57,376 nt of DNA from Alistipes onderdonkii. GTDB lineage: Bacteria > Actinomycetota > Coriobacteriia > Coriobacteriales > UMGS124. The notes beneath the pieces are model-generated. The model was not told the origin of the DNA. It ran no database searches and saw only the letters and a list, made by a program, of their open reading frames with translations. The stretch is taken from positions 1 to 57,376 of the forward strand of contig CAVJGP010000003.1 in NCBI GenBank assembly GCA_963648855.1, read 5' to 3'. Position numbers and translations under genes: made by a program. This document shows, piece by piece, positions 37,014 through 46,873 of the stretch. Numbering within the stretch: position 1 is the stretch's first letter; every line of letters begins with the position of its first letter.

Positions 37014-40000
37014 CTAGGCCTTGTTGCCGGTCATGGTAGCGAAGGCGTCGCGCAGGGCGTCGTCATGCGACTTGCCCTGGGCCTCCTCGGCCGCAATCAA
37101 CGACAGCATGTGGTCGTAGTCGGCGGGAATGACCTTCTTGAAGCGGTGCTGCACGCTGTCGAACTGGTAGAGCATCTTGATGGCCCTGGGCGAGTTGGTG
37201 GCCTTCACGTGGTCGGTCATGAGCGAGCGGATCTGCATGATCTCCTCGGGGGAGGGCGTCTGCACAAGCACCATGTCGTGGTTGGTGCAGTCTTCCAGCG
37301 TCTCGAACTCGTCGTACACGAAGGCAACGCCGCCGCTCATGCCGGCCGCGAAGTTCACGCCCACCTGGCCCAGGATGAGCACCACGCCTCCGGTCATGTA
37401 CTCGCAGCCGTGGTTGCCCACGCCCTCCACCACCAGGGTGGCGCCGGAGTTGCGCACAGCGAAGCGCTGGCCGGCCATGCCGTTGACGTAGCCCCGGCCG
37501 GCCGTGGCGCCGTAGAAGGCTACGTTGCCGATGACCATGTTCTCGTCGAACTGGATGGGCGTCGCCGGGTCGGGGTGCACGGCGAGCGTGCCGCCCGACA
37601 GGCCCTTGCCGAAGTAGTCGTTGGCGTCGCCGCAGATGTTGAGCTCGACGCCTGCGGGCAGGAAGGCGCCGAAGCTCTGGCCGCCCGAGCCCGAGCAGTC
37701 GATGCGGATGGAGCCCGCGGGCAGGCCCTCCGGGTAGGCCTTCGTCACGCTGGCGCCGAGCATGGTGCCCACGCAGCGGTTGACGTTGTTGATGTCGGCA
37801 TGGAAGCGCGTGGGGGCCAGGCTCTCGCGCGTCGTCTGGGTGAGGGGCACGAAGAGCGTGGCGTCGAGGGTCTTGTCGAGCCTGTGGTCGAAGGCCATCT
37901 TCTCGTCGAAGTGCGCGCCCTCGGCGCCGGGGATGTTGGCGCCGAACACGAGGCGCGGCTTGGCCAGCACGCTGGACAAATCCACGCTGTTGGCCTTCCA
38001 GTTGCCCGGAATCTCGATCTGGCGCAGCAGCTCCACGTGGCCCACCATGTCGTCGAGCTTGCGGAAGCCCAGGCGCGCCATGATCTGGCGCAGCTCCTCG
38101 GCCACGAAGTGCATGAAGTTCACCACGTACTCGGGCTTGCCGGTGAAGCGGCCGCGCAGGCACTCGTTCTGGGTGGCCACGCCCACGGGGCAGGTGTCCT
38201 GGTGGCAGTCGCGCTGCATGAGGCAGCCCAGGGCGATGAGCGGCGCGGTGGCGAAGCCGAACTCCTCGGCGCCCATGAGGCAGGCCACGGCAACGTCGCG
38301 GCCGGTGAGCAGCTTGCCGTCAGCCTCGAGCATCACGCGGGAGCGCAGGCCGTTCTGCAGCAGCGTCTGCTGCGTCTCGGCCAGGCCCAGCTCAAGGGGC
38401 AGGCCCGCGTGGTACACGGAGTTGCGCGGCGCCGCGCCCGTGCCGCCGTCATGGCCGGAGATGAGAATCTTGTCGGCGCCGCCCTTGGCCACGCCCGTGG
38501 CGATGGTGCCCACGCCCGCCTCGCTCACGAGCTTGACGGAGATCTGCGCGTCGGGGTTGGCGTTCTTGAGGTCGAAGATAAGCTCGGCCAGGTCCTCGAT
38601 GGAGTAGATGTCGTGGTGCGGGGGCGGGGAGATGAGGCTCACGCCGGGCGTGGAGCGACGGGTCTTGGCGATCCAGGGGTAGACCTTCTTGCCGGGCAGG
38701 TGGCCGCCCTCGCCGGGCTTGGCGCCCTGGGCGAGCTTGATCTGGATCTCGCGGGCGCTCGACAGGTAGCGGCTCGTGACGCCGAAGCGGCCCGAAGCCA
38801 CCTGCTTGATGGCCGAGAGCGCCGTGTCGCCGTTGGCCAGCGGCACCTCGCGCACGATGTCCTCGCCGCCCTCGCCGGTGTTGGAGAAGCCGTGCAGGCG
38901 GTTCATGGCGATGGCCAGGGCCTCGTGGGCCTCCTTGGAGATGGAGCCGTAGCTCATGGCGCCGGTCTTGAAGCGCCTCACGATCTCGCTGGCGGGCTCC
39001 ACCTCCTCAAGGGGCACGGGCGTGCATCCGCGGTCGTCGAAGTCGAGCAGGTTGCGCAGCACCACGGCGCGGCCCGGGCGGTTCACGATGGCGCTGTAGG
39101 CATCCCAGGCCTCCTGGGAGCCGGTGCGCGTGGCCGTCTGCAGGGCGAAGATGGTCTGCGGGTCGAGCAGGTGGTCTTCCTTGCCGGGCCTCCACGCCGT
39201 CTCGCCGGAGTCGGGCAGCTGCGAGGGCGTGGCGGAGTCGGCCACCTCAAGGGCCAGGTCGTACTTGGCGTTGGCCTCGCGGGCCAGGCCCTCGTAGCCC
39301 ACGCCTGCGATGCGGCTCACCGTGCCGGTGAACGAGGTCTCGATGACCTCGTCGGCGATGCCCACGGCCTCGAAGATCTGCGCGGAGTGGTAGCCCTGGA
39401 TGGTGGAGATGCCCATCTTGGACATGATGGCCACGATGCCTGCGGTGATGGCCTTGTCGAAGTTTGCGATGGCCTCGTCCTCGGGCAGGCTGATGAGGCC
39501 GCGGCGCACGGCGTCGCGGATCTGGGCGTGTGCGAGGTAGGGGTAGACGGCGCTTGCCGAGTAGCCCACGAGCATGGCGAAGTCGTGCGTGCTCACCGCG
39601 TCGGCGGTCTCAACCACCAGGTCGGTGCGGGTGCGCACGCCCTTGCGGATGAGGTGGTGGTGGACGCTGCCCAGGGCCAGCAGGCTCGGCACGGGCACCT
39701 CGCCGGGCTTCACGCGGTCGGACAGCACGATGATGTTGCACCCGGCCGAGACGGCGTTGAGCGCCTCGTCCATGAGCTTGTCGAGCGCCTCGCGCATGCC
39801 CTGCTCGCCGTGCGAGCGCTCGTAGGCGCAGCGCAGGCGGGCCACCTTGAAGCCGGTCTTCTTGATGTTGCAGACGCGCTCGAACATCTCGCGGTCGATG
39901 ATGGGCGTCTCCAGGCGGATGCGGCGGCAGTTGGCGCTCGTGTCCTCAAGGGCGTTGCCGTGGTTGCCCAGGTAGGAGATGGTGGAGGTGACGATCTTCT

Positions 40001-41651
40001 CGCGCAGGGCGTCGATCGGGGGGTTCGTGACCTGGGCGAAGAGCTGCTTGAAGTAGCTGTAGAGCTTGCGGGGCTGCTCGGAGAGCACGGCCAGCGGCGA
40101 GTCAACGCCCATCGAGACGAGCGGCTCGTGGGCGGTGCTGGCCATGGGGACGATCTGCGAGGTCACGTCCTCGTAGCACACGCCGTAGCGCGCCGACAGG
40201 CTTGCGAGCGTCTCGTCGGCGGGCACGTCCACCTCAGGCAAGTCGGCGGCCTGCGTACGCTCGTCGAAGTCCTTGGGCAGGGGCAGCTCGCCTGCGCGGA
40301 TCATGTTGTTCTTGAGCCACTCGCGCCAGGGACGCTGGGAGGCCATCTCCTCCTTGATCTCGTCGTCCCACACGACGCGTCCCTGCTCGGGGTCGACGAG
40401 CAGCATCTGGCCGGGCATGAGCCCGCCCTTGATGAGGACGTTCTGCGGCGGGATGTCGAGCACGCCCGTCTCGGAGGCGATGATGAGCCTGTCATCGCGA
40501 GTGAGGGTGTAGCGCGCCGGGCGCAGGCCGTTGCGGTCGAGGATGGCGCCCATGCGCACGCCGTCGGTGAAGGCGATGGCGGCGGGGCCGTCCCAGGGCT
40601 CCATGAGGCACGACTGGTAGGAGTCGAAGTCGTGGCGGCGCTCGGAGAGCGTGTGGTTGTTGTCCCAGGGCTCAGGCACGAGCATGCTCATGGCGCGCGG
40701 CAGACTGCGGCCGTTCATGTAGAGGAACTCGGCCACGTTGTCGAGGATGGCCGAGTCCGAGCCCTCGCGGTCGATGACGGGAAGGACGCGGTCAAGGCGC
40801 GGGATGATGGGCGAGTACAGGTCGGACTCGCGGGCGCGAATCCAGTTGACGTTGCCGCGCAGCGTGTTGATCTCGCCGTTGTGCACGATGTAGCGCTGGG
40901 GATGCGCGCGCTCCCAGGAGGGCGTGGTGTTCGTGGAGTAGCGCGAGTGCACCAGGGCGATGGCCGTCTCCACCGTGGCGTCGGCCAGGTCGAGGTAGAA
41001 GGTCCTGAGCTGGCCGGCCAGGAGCATGCCCTTGTACACGATGACGCGCGCGCTCATGGAGCACACGTAGAAGATGTCCTTCTCGACAAGGCCCATGCCC
41101 TGCGCGCGCTTCTCGATGGCGCGTCGCGCGATGTAGAGGGCGCGTTCGAACTCCATGCCGCGCTCGATCGAGCCGGGGCGCAGCATGAACGCCTGCCAGA
41201 TGCGGGGCTGGCAGGCCTGCGCCGTCACGCCCAGGTCGTGGGCGTCGACGGGCACCTCGCGCCAGAAGAGCACGGGCAGGCCGTTCTCGGCGCAGCACTG
41301 CTCGAACAGCTCGCGGGCCTGCTCGAAGAGCTCCTCGTCGCGCGGCAGGAACAGCATCGCGACGCCGTAGTCGCCCTCGTCGGGCAGCAGGCGGCCGCAC
41401 TTCTGGGCCTCCTTGCGGAAGAAACGGTGGGGCACCTGGAAGAGGATGCCCGCGCCGTCGCCGGTGTTCGACTCAAGGCCGGCGCCCCCGCGGTGATCCA
41501 TGTTGAGAAGCACCGAGAGCGCGTCGCCGAGCATCTGATGGGTACGGACGCCCTTGACGTTGGCGAGGGCGCCGATACCGCAGGCGTCATGCTCGAACTC
41601 GGGGCGGTACAGGCCCCATGCCTTGGGCGGCAAGGCGGCGGATGCGTTCAT
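37014..41651 (-). CDS. gltB: Glutamate synthase large subunit
   Basis: 1545 aa. N-terminal amidotransferase Cys (FEHDACGIGAL), FMN/3Fe-4S domain and C-terminal GXGXG domain. Confidence 0.96.
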   Translation of the reverse strand: MNASAALPPKAWGLYRPEFEHDACGIGALANVKGVRTHQMLGDALSVLLNMDHRGGAGLESNTGDGAGILFQVPHRFFRKEAQKCGRLLPDEGDYGVAMLFLPRDEELFEQARELFEQCCAENGLPVLFWREVPVDAHDLGVTAQACQPRIWQAFMLRPGSIERGMEFERALYIARRAIEKRAQGMGLVEKDIFYVCSMSARVIVYKGMLLAGQLRTFYLDLADATVETAIALVHSRYSTNTTPSWERAHPQRYIVHNGEINTLRGNVNWIRARESDLYSPIIPRLDRVLPVIDREGSDSAILDNVAEFLYMNGRSLPRAMSMLVPEPWDNNHTLSERRHDFDSYQSCLMEPWDGPAAIAFTDGVRMGAILDRNGLRPARYTLTRDDRLIIASETGVLDIPPQNVLIKGGLMPGQMLLVDPEQGRVVWDDEIKEEMASQRPWREWLKNNMIRAGELPLPKDFDERTQAADLPEVDVPADETLASLSARYGVCYEDVTSQIVPMASTAHEPLVSMGVDSPLAVLSEQPRKLYSYFKQLFAQVTNPPIDALREKIVTSTISYLGNHGNALEDTSANCRRIRLETPIIDREMFERVCNIKKTGFKVARLRCAYERSHGEQGMREALDKLMDEALNAVSAGCNIIVLSDRVKPGEVPVPSLLALGSVHHHLIRKGVRTRTDLVVETADAVSTHDFAMLVGYSASAVYPYLAHAQIRDAVRRGLISLPEDEAIANFDKAITAGIVAIMSKMGISTIQGYHSAQIFEAVGIADEVIETSFTGTVSRIAGVGYEGLAREANAKYDLALEVADSATPSQLPDSGETAWRPGKEDHLLDPQTIFALQTATRTGSQEAWDAYSAIVNRPGRAVVLRNLLDFDDRGCTPVPLEEVEPASEIVRRFKTGAMSYGSISKEAHEALAIAMNRLHGFSNTGEGGEDIVREVPLANGDTALSAIKQVASGRFGVTSRYLSSAREIQIKLAQGAKPGEGGHLPGKKVYPWIAKTRRSTPGVSLISPPPHHDIYSIEDLAELIFDLKNANPDAQISVKLVSEAGVGTIATGVAKGGADKILISGHDGGTGAAPRNSVYHAGLPLELGLAETQQTLLQNGLRSRVMLEADGKLLTGRDVAVACLMGAEEFGFATAPLIALGCLMQRDCHQDTCPVGVATQNECLRGRFTGKPEYVVNFMHFVAEELRQIMARLGFRKLDDMVGHVELLRQIEIPGNWKANSVDLSSVLAKPRLVFGANIPGAEGAHFDEKMAFDHRLDKTLDATLFVPLTQTTRESLAPTRFHADINNVNRCVGTMLGASVTKAYPEGLPAGSIRIDCSGSGGQSFGAFLPAGVELNICGDANDYFGKGLSGGTLAVHPDPATPIQFDENMVIGNVAFYGATAGRGYVNGMAGQRFAVRNSGATLVVEGVGNHGCEYMTGGVVLILGQVGVNFAAGMSGGVAFVYDEFETLEDCTNHDMVLVQTPSPEEIMQIRSLMTDHVKATNSPRAIKMLYQFDSVQHRFKKVIPADYDHMLSLIAAEEAQGKSHDDALRDAFATMTGNKA

Positions 41652-41952
41652 ACCTAAAACCTCCTACGTGTTGCGCGTGTCGAGGCAGCCGTGAATAGAA
41701 ATGCCTCCGAAACATAGGCGACTACGTTTCAATGGGGTATTAACAATCATTCCAAATTGTTTCAAACGCGTAATGTGCGCCCGTGTTCGCCAAACCGTAA
41801 CATTGCGGGCAAGTCTTCTGCACTGCTGTGGTCAAACGGAGTACATCGTTTTGTTGAACGGTTGAAACGGCCCCGCAACACATCCTTTTTAATCTCTGCC
41901 ATAATGTATTGAATGGAACGGGCGCAGATGACGTGTCCCTTAGGGGGTTGAG

Positions 41953-42621
41953 ATGCACCACAAGACAGCTTTGTTTCTCTCGCAAACCGCGGACGGCCAT
42001 GAGCGCATGCGCCGCCTCTCCTCGGTGCTCGACGTCTCCATTCTTCTGGCGAGCGTCTCGCGTTTCTCCCAAGCCGTGCTGGAGCGAGAGTTCGACCTGG
42101 TGGTGCTGGAGACCAGCGGCGTGCAGAACTCCCAGGTCGAGAACATCGAGATGACCCTGGCCGACAGCTCCACGCCCATCCTGCTTGTGGTGGACGAGCA
42201 GGAGATGCCCGACCTGCATCTGCCCATGCGCCCCGTGAGCGACTTCATCTGCACCACCGCCAGCGACGCCGAGTACGCCGTGCGCATCCGTCACCTGCTG
42301 TGGCCCGGCGAGGAGACAGGCGACGACGACGTGGTGAAGATCGACGACCTCATGGTGAACCTGGCCACCTACCAGGTGCGCGTGGGCGACGCCCCCGTCG
42401 ACCTCACCTACATGGAGTACTCGCTGCTCGCGTTCATGGTGACGCACCCCGGCCGCGCCTACTCCCGCGAGACGCTCCTGCGCCGCGTGTGGGGCTTTGA
42501 CTACTGCGGCGGCTCTCGCACCGTCGACGTCCACGTCCGCCGCATCCGCGCCAAACTCGGCCCCCAGATCTCCAACCACATCGAAACCGTCCGCGGCGTT
42601 GGTTACCTCTTCAGGTTATAA
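41953..42621 (+). CDS. Orphan OmpR/GlnR-like response regulator with a degenerate (pseudo-)receiver domain
   Basis: The C-terminal winged helix (LTYMEYSLLAFMVTHPGRAYSRETLLRRVWG...RTVDVHVRRIRAKL...VRGVGY) is canonical. The receiver lacks the DD, D, T and K phospho-pocket residues. No kinase gene is adjacent. Confidence 0.8.
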   Translation: MHHKTALFLSQTADGHERMRRLSSVLDVSILLASVSRFSQAVLEREFDLVVLETSGVQNSQVENIEMTLADSSTPILLVVDEQEMPDLHLPMRPVSDFICTTASDAEYAVRIRHLLWPGEETGDDDVVKIDDLMVNLATYQVRVGDAPVDLTYMEYSLLAFMVTHPGRAYSRETLLRRVWGFDYCGGSRTVDVHVRRIRAKLGPQISNHIETVRGVGYLFRL

Positions 42622-42694
42622 CGCCCCCACGGGTTTCCCGAGTTTTCAGCCGTTCTTACAAGCTATGGTCTCACGCCTCAACTACGTGACGCAT

Positions 42695-42837
42695 GGAGGG
42701 GCGGCTCCGGTCTGGCGCAGTTCCGCAGTGAATCGAAAAGGGCGGCAGGGGTGTTGCGCGCTTGCGCGCATAAGCCCCTCCCGCCCTTTTCGATTCGGTA
42801 CGAGGACTGTTTGAGCACAGACCGGAGCCGCCCCTCC
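42695..42837. repeat. 143-bp nested inverted-repeat element (probable bidirectional terminator core plus outer 20-bp arms)
   Basis: Outer perfect 20-bp inverted repeat at 42695-42714 / 42818-42837. Inner perfect 16-bp inverted repeat gaatcgaaaagggcgg (42730-45) / ccgcccttttcgattc (42781-96). Central gcgcgcttgcgcgc palindrome. Confidence 0.85.
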
Positions 42838-42854
42838 CTACGGCAATCCCGCAG

Positions 42855-44015
42855 CTAGAGCCACTCCGTGACCTTGCTGATAAGCGGCGTCGGCAGGCAG
42901 CCGCCGATCCACTTGCCCCAGCTCGAGTTCATGATGGGGAAGAACCGCAGGCGTCGCGCGATGTTTCGCCGGATGGGGGACAGGCTCGTCTCGTAGGTCT
43001 CAAGCGCGTCGTCGGCGTGCCGGGCGGCGGCCACGACGGCCCGGCCAGCCAAGTCGCCGGAGTTGAGCGCAAACGAGATGCCCTCCCCGGAACTGGGCGA
43101 CATGATGCCCGCCGCCTCGCCGGCCAGCAGCACCCGGCCCTGGCCTGCCATGATGTCGCCCATACCGCGCACCTGCATGGCCACGCCGCCCTCGCGCCGC
43201 ACCGACTCGCCCAGGGGGTAGCGCTGTTGCCAGGTCTGCAGGGCCTTCTCGTGCATGGCCGGGATGCCCTTCGTGTTGGGGAAGAACACCGACCCCACGA
43301 TGGCCACCTCGCCCTTGGGCACGATGTAGCCGTACCCGTAGGCCGGGTCGATGTGGCGCGAGTAGATGCACTCGAAGTAGGGCTCGATGCTGCCCGGCTC
43401 GATGCGGCAAAACTCCTGCACGGTCTTGTAGCAGTGCGTTTGGGGCCAGTCCGAGTGACAGCGGCGCACCGCCGAGCGGGCGCCGTCGGCCCCCACGAGC
43501 CAGCGGCAGGCCACCTCAACGGACTGCCCGGCGCGCACCAGCCTGACGTCGGTCGTGCCCGCGCCCTCGGAACAGCTCGCGAACACGCAGCGGTCCCATA
43601 CCTCCACGCCGGCGGGCAGAAGGCTGAGCAGCCACTCGTCGAACAGGGCCCTGTCCACGTTGGAGAAGCGCAGCGAGCAGGGCTTCTTGATGTGTCGGTC
43701 CCAATCGTAGTAGCGAAAGTGCACCCAGGCGGGGTCGAGCACGAGGCCGTGGGGAAGCGGCGCCACTTTCTCCAGGAAGCGCTGGGCGTACTCGTTGAGC
43801 ATGCCGCCGCAGCTCTTGCGCCGCGGAAGGCTCGCGCTTTCGGCAAGAAGCACGCGAAGGCCTGCCTGGCTTGCCTGCCGGGCGCACGCGATGCCGGCGG
43901 GACCCGCCCCCACCACCACGAGGTCGAACTCGGCCGAAATCTCATGCGACACGGTCGTCTCGACGGTGCCTCTGTTCTGGTTGTTCACGTGTGCATCCCT
44001 TAGATTTTGTATCAC
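42855..44015 (-). CDS. FAD-dependent oxidoreductase (geranylgeranyl-reductase-like family)
   Basis: FDLVVVGAGPAGIACA...LLAES Rossmann dinucleotide motif near the N-terminus, and GEAAGIMSPSSGEGI near the C-terminus. The start could lie slightly downstream. Confidence 0.65.
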   Translation of the reverse strand: MIQNLRDAHVNNQNRGTVETTVSHEISAEFDLVVVGAGPAGIACARQASQAGLRVLLAESASLPRRKSCGGMLNEYAQRFLEKVAPLPHGLVLDPAWVHFRYYDWDRHIKKPCSLRFSNVDRALFDEWLLSLLPAGVEVWDRCVFASCSEGAGTTDVRLVRAGQSVEVACRWLVGADGARSAVRRCHSDWPQTHCYKTVQEFCRIEPGSIEPYFECIYSRHIDPAYGYGYIVPKGEVAIVGSVFFPNTKGIPAMHEKALQTWQQRYPLGESVRREGGVAMQVRGMGDIMAGQGRVLLAGEAAGIMSPSSGEGISFALNSGDLAGRAVVAAARHADDALETYETSLSPIRRNIARRLRFFPIMNSSWGKWIGGCLPTPLISKVTEWL

Positions 44016-44228
44016 GGTCGTGTCCCCATCGCGGCCGTGCGGCTTGTTGAAAACCTTTTTACCGACTGTTACCTGGTCTTATAGTAGACCCGCACATTGT
44101 ACACGCAAGTTGGGTTGTGTGATTTGCAATGTTTGCACCAAATGCGACGTGCCGCCGGAGCCGGCTTGGTGTGTGCGACAATGCAACATTATTTATATGG
44201 CGACGAAGCATTCGAAGGAGGGCGGGGC

Positions 44229-44774
44229 TTGGTAATTTTGGGGATAGACCCGGGCCTTGCCAACACCGGCTGGGGCGTCATCGAGTCGCGCGGCTCGCAG
44301 TGCCGGGCCCGCGCCTATGGCTGCGTCCACACCGACAAGGGCCTCACGCTGCCCATGCGCCTCAAGCGCATCCACGACGAGATCTCCGAGGTCATCATGC
44401 GCTACAGCCCCATGGAGGTGGCCGTCGAGGAGATCTTCTTCTCCTCCAACGCCCAGAGCGCCATCGCCACCGCCCAGGCGCGCGGCGCGGCCCTCGTGGC
44501 GTGCACGGGGTGCGGCCTTGAGGTGGGCGAGTACACGCCCATGCAGATCAAGCAGGCGGTATGCGGCACGGGTGCGGCCGAGAAGCAGCAGGTGCAGTAC
44601 ATGGTGAAGACCCTGCTGCATCTGGAGCAGGAGCCCAAGCCCGACCACGCTGCCGACGCCCTGGCCGCCGCCGTGTGCCACGCGCACCTGGCCGCCTGGC
44701 GTGGGGTGAGCCGCTCCCAGAACATCGCCAACCCTTCTGCCAGCGCATACCGTGAAAGGGGCACGAGGCTTTGA
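44229..44774 (+). CDS. ruvC: Crossover junction endodeoxyribonuclease RuvC
   Basis: (L)VILGIDPGLANTGWGVIE is the canonical RuvC N-terminus. TTG 44229 lies 6 nt after GAAGGAGGG; the ORF-track start at 44097 is probably leader. Confidence 0.88.
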   Translation: MVILGIDPGLANTGWGVIESRGSQCRARAYGCVHTDKGLTLPMRLKRIHDEISEVIMRYSPMEVAVEEIFFSSNAQSAIATAQARGAALVACTGCGLEVGEYTPMQIKQAVCGTGAAEKQQVQYMVKTLLHLEQEPKPDHAADALAAAVCHAHLAAWRGVSRSQNIANPSASAYRERGTRL

Positions 44775-45385
44775 TATCCACACTGCGCGGCCGCATCCTC
44801 GAGAAGGGCGCGGCGAGCTTGGTCATAGAGGTAGCGGGCGTGGGCTATGAGTGCGGCGTCTCCTCAAATTGCGCGGCGGCCCTGCCGCCCGCCGGCAGCC
44901 CCGAGGAGTGCCTCGTCTTTACGCGCATGCAGGTGCGCGACGACGCCATCTCGCTCTTCGCTTTCGCGTCTGCCGAGGAGCGCCTGGTGTTCGACCGGCT
45001 CGTGGGCATCTCGGGCGTCGGCGGCAAGCTGGCGCTGTCGGTTCTGTCCACCTTCAGCCCCGACGCCCTGCGCGAGGTGGTGGCCTCCCAGGACGAGAAG
45101 CGCATGTCGAGCGTGCCGGGTGTGGGCAAGAAGACCGCCCAGCGCATGATCTTGGAGCTCAAGGACTCCCTGGGCGCCCTGGGGGTCGTCGCGCCTGCGG
45201 GTGCGGGCGGCTCGGCCCCCGCCGCCGCGCCCCTCGGGGCGAGCGCGCTCGACGAGGCCGCGCAGGCGCTTCTTTCGATGGGCTTCACCCAGGCAGAGTG
45301 CGACGCGGCCCTGAAGGGCTATGATGGCTCCGCGACCGACACCTCGGCCGCCGTCAGGTACGCCCTCAAGCGCCTCGGGAGCTAG
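44771..45385 (+). CDS. ruvA: Holliday junction branch migration complex subunit RuvA
   Basis: [12 protein letters not shown]...[11 protein letters not shown] and the HhH motifs [11 protein letters not shown] / [14 protein letters not shown] start overlaps the ruvC stop. Confidence 0.92.
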   Translation: MISTLRGRILEKGAASLVIEVAGVGYECGVSSNCAAALPPAGSPEECLVFTRMQVRDDAISLFAFASAEERLVFDRLVGISGVGGKLALSVLSTFSPDALREVVASQDEKRMSSVPGVGKKTAQRMILELKDSLGALGVVAPAGAGGSAPAAAPLGASALDEAAQALLSMGFTQAECDAALKGYDGSATDTSAAVRYALKRLGS

Positions 45386-45390
45386 CGAAG

Positions 45391-46446
45391 ATGTGGGAAG
45401 CAGAAAGCCAAGACCTTTGGGGCGACGCCCCGGCCAAGGGGGCCTCCGAGCGCGCCGTCACGCCGACGCTTACCCCCGACGACCTCGAGGTCGATCGCAA
45501 GCTGCGCCCGCAGCTCTTGGACGACTACGTGGGCCAGGAGCGCGTGAAGCAGACCCTCCGCGTGGCCATCGAGGCTGCCAAGCAGCGCAACGAGTGCCTT
45601 GATCACCTGCTCTTCTTCGGCCCCCCAGGCCTTGGCAAGACGACGCTCGCCACCATCGTGGCCAACGAGATGGGCGCGCAGATCAAGTGCACCTCGGGGC
45701 CCGCCATCGAACGCACGGGCGACTTGGCGGCCATCCTTACCAACCTGCAGGAGGGCGACGTCCTCTTCGTCGACGAGATCCATCGCCTGAACCACGCGGT
45801 GGAGGAGGTCTTCTACCCGGCGATGGAGGACTTCTACCTCGACATCGTCATCGGCAAGGGGCCCGCCGCCCGCTCCATCCGCCTTGACCTGCCGCGCTTC
45901 ACCCTTGTGGGCGCCACCACGCGCTCGGGCCTGCTCACGGGCCCTTTGCGCGACCGCTTCGGCATCATCTCGCGCCTGGACTACTACGCCGCCGATGAGC
46001 TTGCGCAGATCGTCATGCGCTCGGCCTCCATCCTAGGCGTCTGCATAGACGAGCAGGGCGCGGCCCAGATAGCCTCGCGCAGCCGCGGCACGCCTCGTCT
46101 GGCAAATCGCCTGCTCAAGCGTGTGCGCGACTATGCCCAGGTGCGCGAGTGCGCTTGCATCGACGCCCAGACCGCCTCGGAGGCCCTCACGTTCTTCGAG
46201 GTGGACGAGATGGGCCTGGACTGGATGGACAACAAGATCCTCTCCACCCTGGCGCAGACGTTCATGGGACGTCCTGTGGGCCTGTCCACCCTGGCGAGCG
46301 CCGTGGGCGAGGACGCCTCCACGCTTGAGGACGTGTACGAGCCGTTCCTGCTGCAGCAGGGCCTCATCAACCGCACCCCCAAGGGCCGCGTCGCGACCTC
46401 TCGGGCCTTCGAGCACCTCGGCCTGCCCGTAGCCCAGGAAGACTAG
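45391..46446 (+). CDS. ruvB: Holliday junction DNA helicase RuvB
   Basis: [16 protein letters not shown], Walker [12 protein letters not shown], and [10 protein letters not shown]. Confidence 0.96.
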   Translation: MWEAESQDLWGDAPAKGASERAVTPTLTPDDLEVDRKLRPQLLDDYVGQERVKQTLRVAIEAAKQRNECLDHLLFFGPPGLGKTTLATIVANEMGAQIKCTSGPAIERTGDLAAILTNLQEGDVLFVDEIHRLNHAVEEVFYPAMEDFYLDIVIGKGPAARSIRLDLPRFTLVGATTRSGLLTGPLRDRFGIISRLDYYAADELAQIVMRSASILGVCIDEQGAAQIASRSRGTPRLANRLLKRVRDYAQVRECACIDAQTASEALTFFEVDEMGLDWMDNKILSTLAQTFMGRPVGLSTLASAVGEDASTLEDVYEPFLLQQGLINRTPKGRVATSRAFEHLGLPVAQED

Positions 46447-46474
46447 CATCGTCACCTGAAAGGAATGACCCAGC

Positions 46475-46873
46475 GTGTCAATCAAGAGCGACTATCTCAT
46501 GGACATGGTCATGCGCTTCTGCGAGGCGGTCTTGAGAGCCCTCGACGCGCGCAAGGCCGGCAACGCCGACCAGGCGCTTGAGGAGTACGAGGACGTGGTG
46601 GGTGCCGCGCTCGACATGCCTGCCGATTGCGCCCTGGCGCTGTCGGGCCCCTCGCTGCTGTCGATGGTGCAGCTCTCGGCCGTGGACGAGACGCTCGTCA
46701 TGTACTGCGTCTACTCGCTCAACCGCGTGGCCGACATCTACGAGGGTCCCCGTCCCGACCTGGCCGCCCTTCGCCGCGAGCAGGCGGCGGCGCTGGCGCA
46801 GGGCTACGGCTTTGCGCCCGACGTGACGCCCCGCGAGGTGCAGGAGGCGCTCGATGCGCGCGCAAGCAGCTAA
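46475..46873 (+). CDS. Hypothetical protein (132 aa, acidic, helical)
   Basis: An ORF with a GTG start and codon usage like its neighbours; I recognise no motif. Confidence 0.45.
   Translation: MSIKSDYLMDMVMRFCEAVLRALDARKAGNADQALEEYEDVVGAALDMPADCALALSGPSLLSMVQLSAVDETLVMYCVYSLNRVADIYEGPRPDLAALRREQAAALAQGYGFAPDVTPREVQEALDARASS

Noticed and set aside
37065-41657. 1530-aa ORF on the + strand (plus 37762..38607 and others) covering the whole gltB locus
   Set aside because: It lies exactly antisense to a gene with unmistakable glutamate-synthase motifs. The translation is Ala/Gly/His/Val/Arg-rich low-complexity sequence, typical of stop-poor shadow frames in high-GC DNA.
44016-44228. LexA/SOS box upstream of ruvC (expected TCGAAC-N4-GTTCGA or the CGAAC-N4-GTTCG type), and the palindrome TGCAA-TGT-TTGCA at 44125-37
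   Set aside because: No sequence matches either LexA consensus; cgaagcattcg at ~44205 has the wrong spacing and overlaps the RBS. The 13-bp palindrome is short and could arise by chance.
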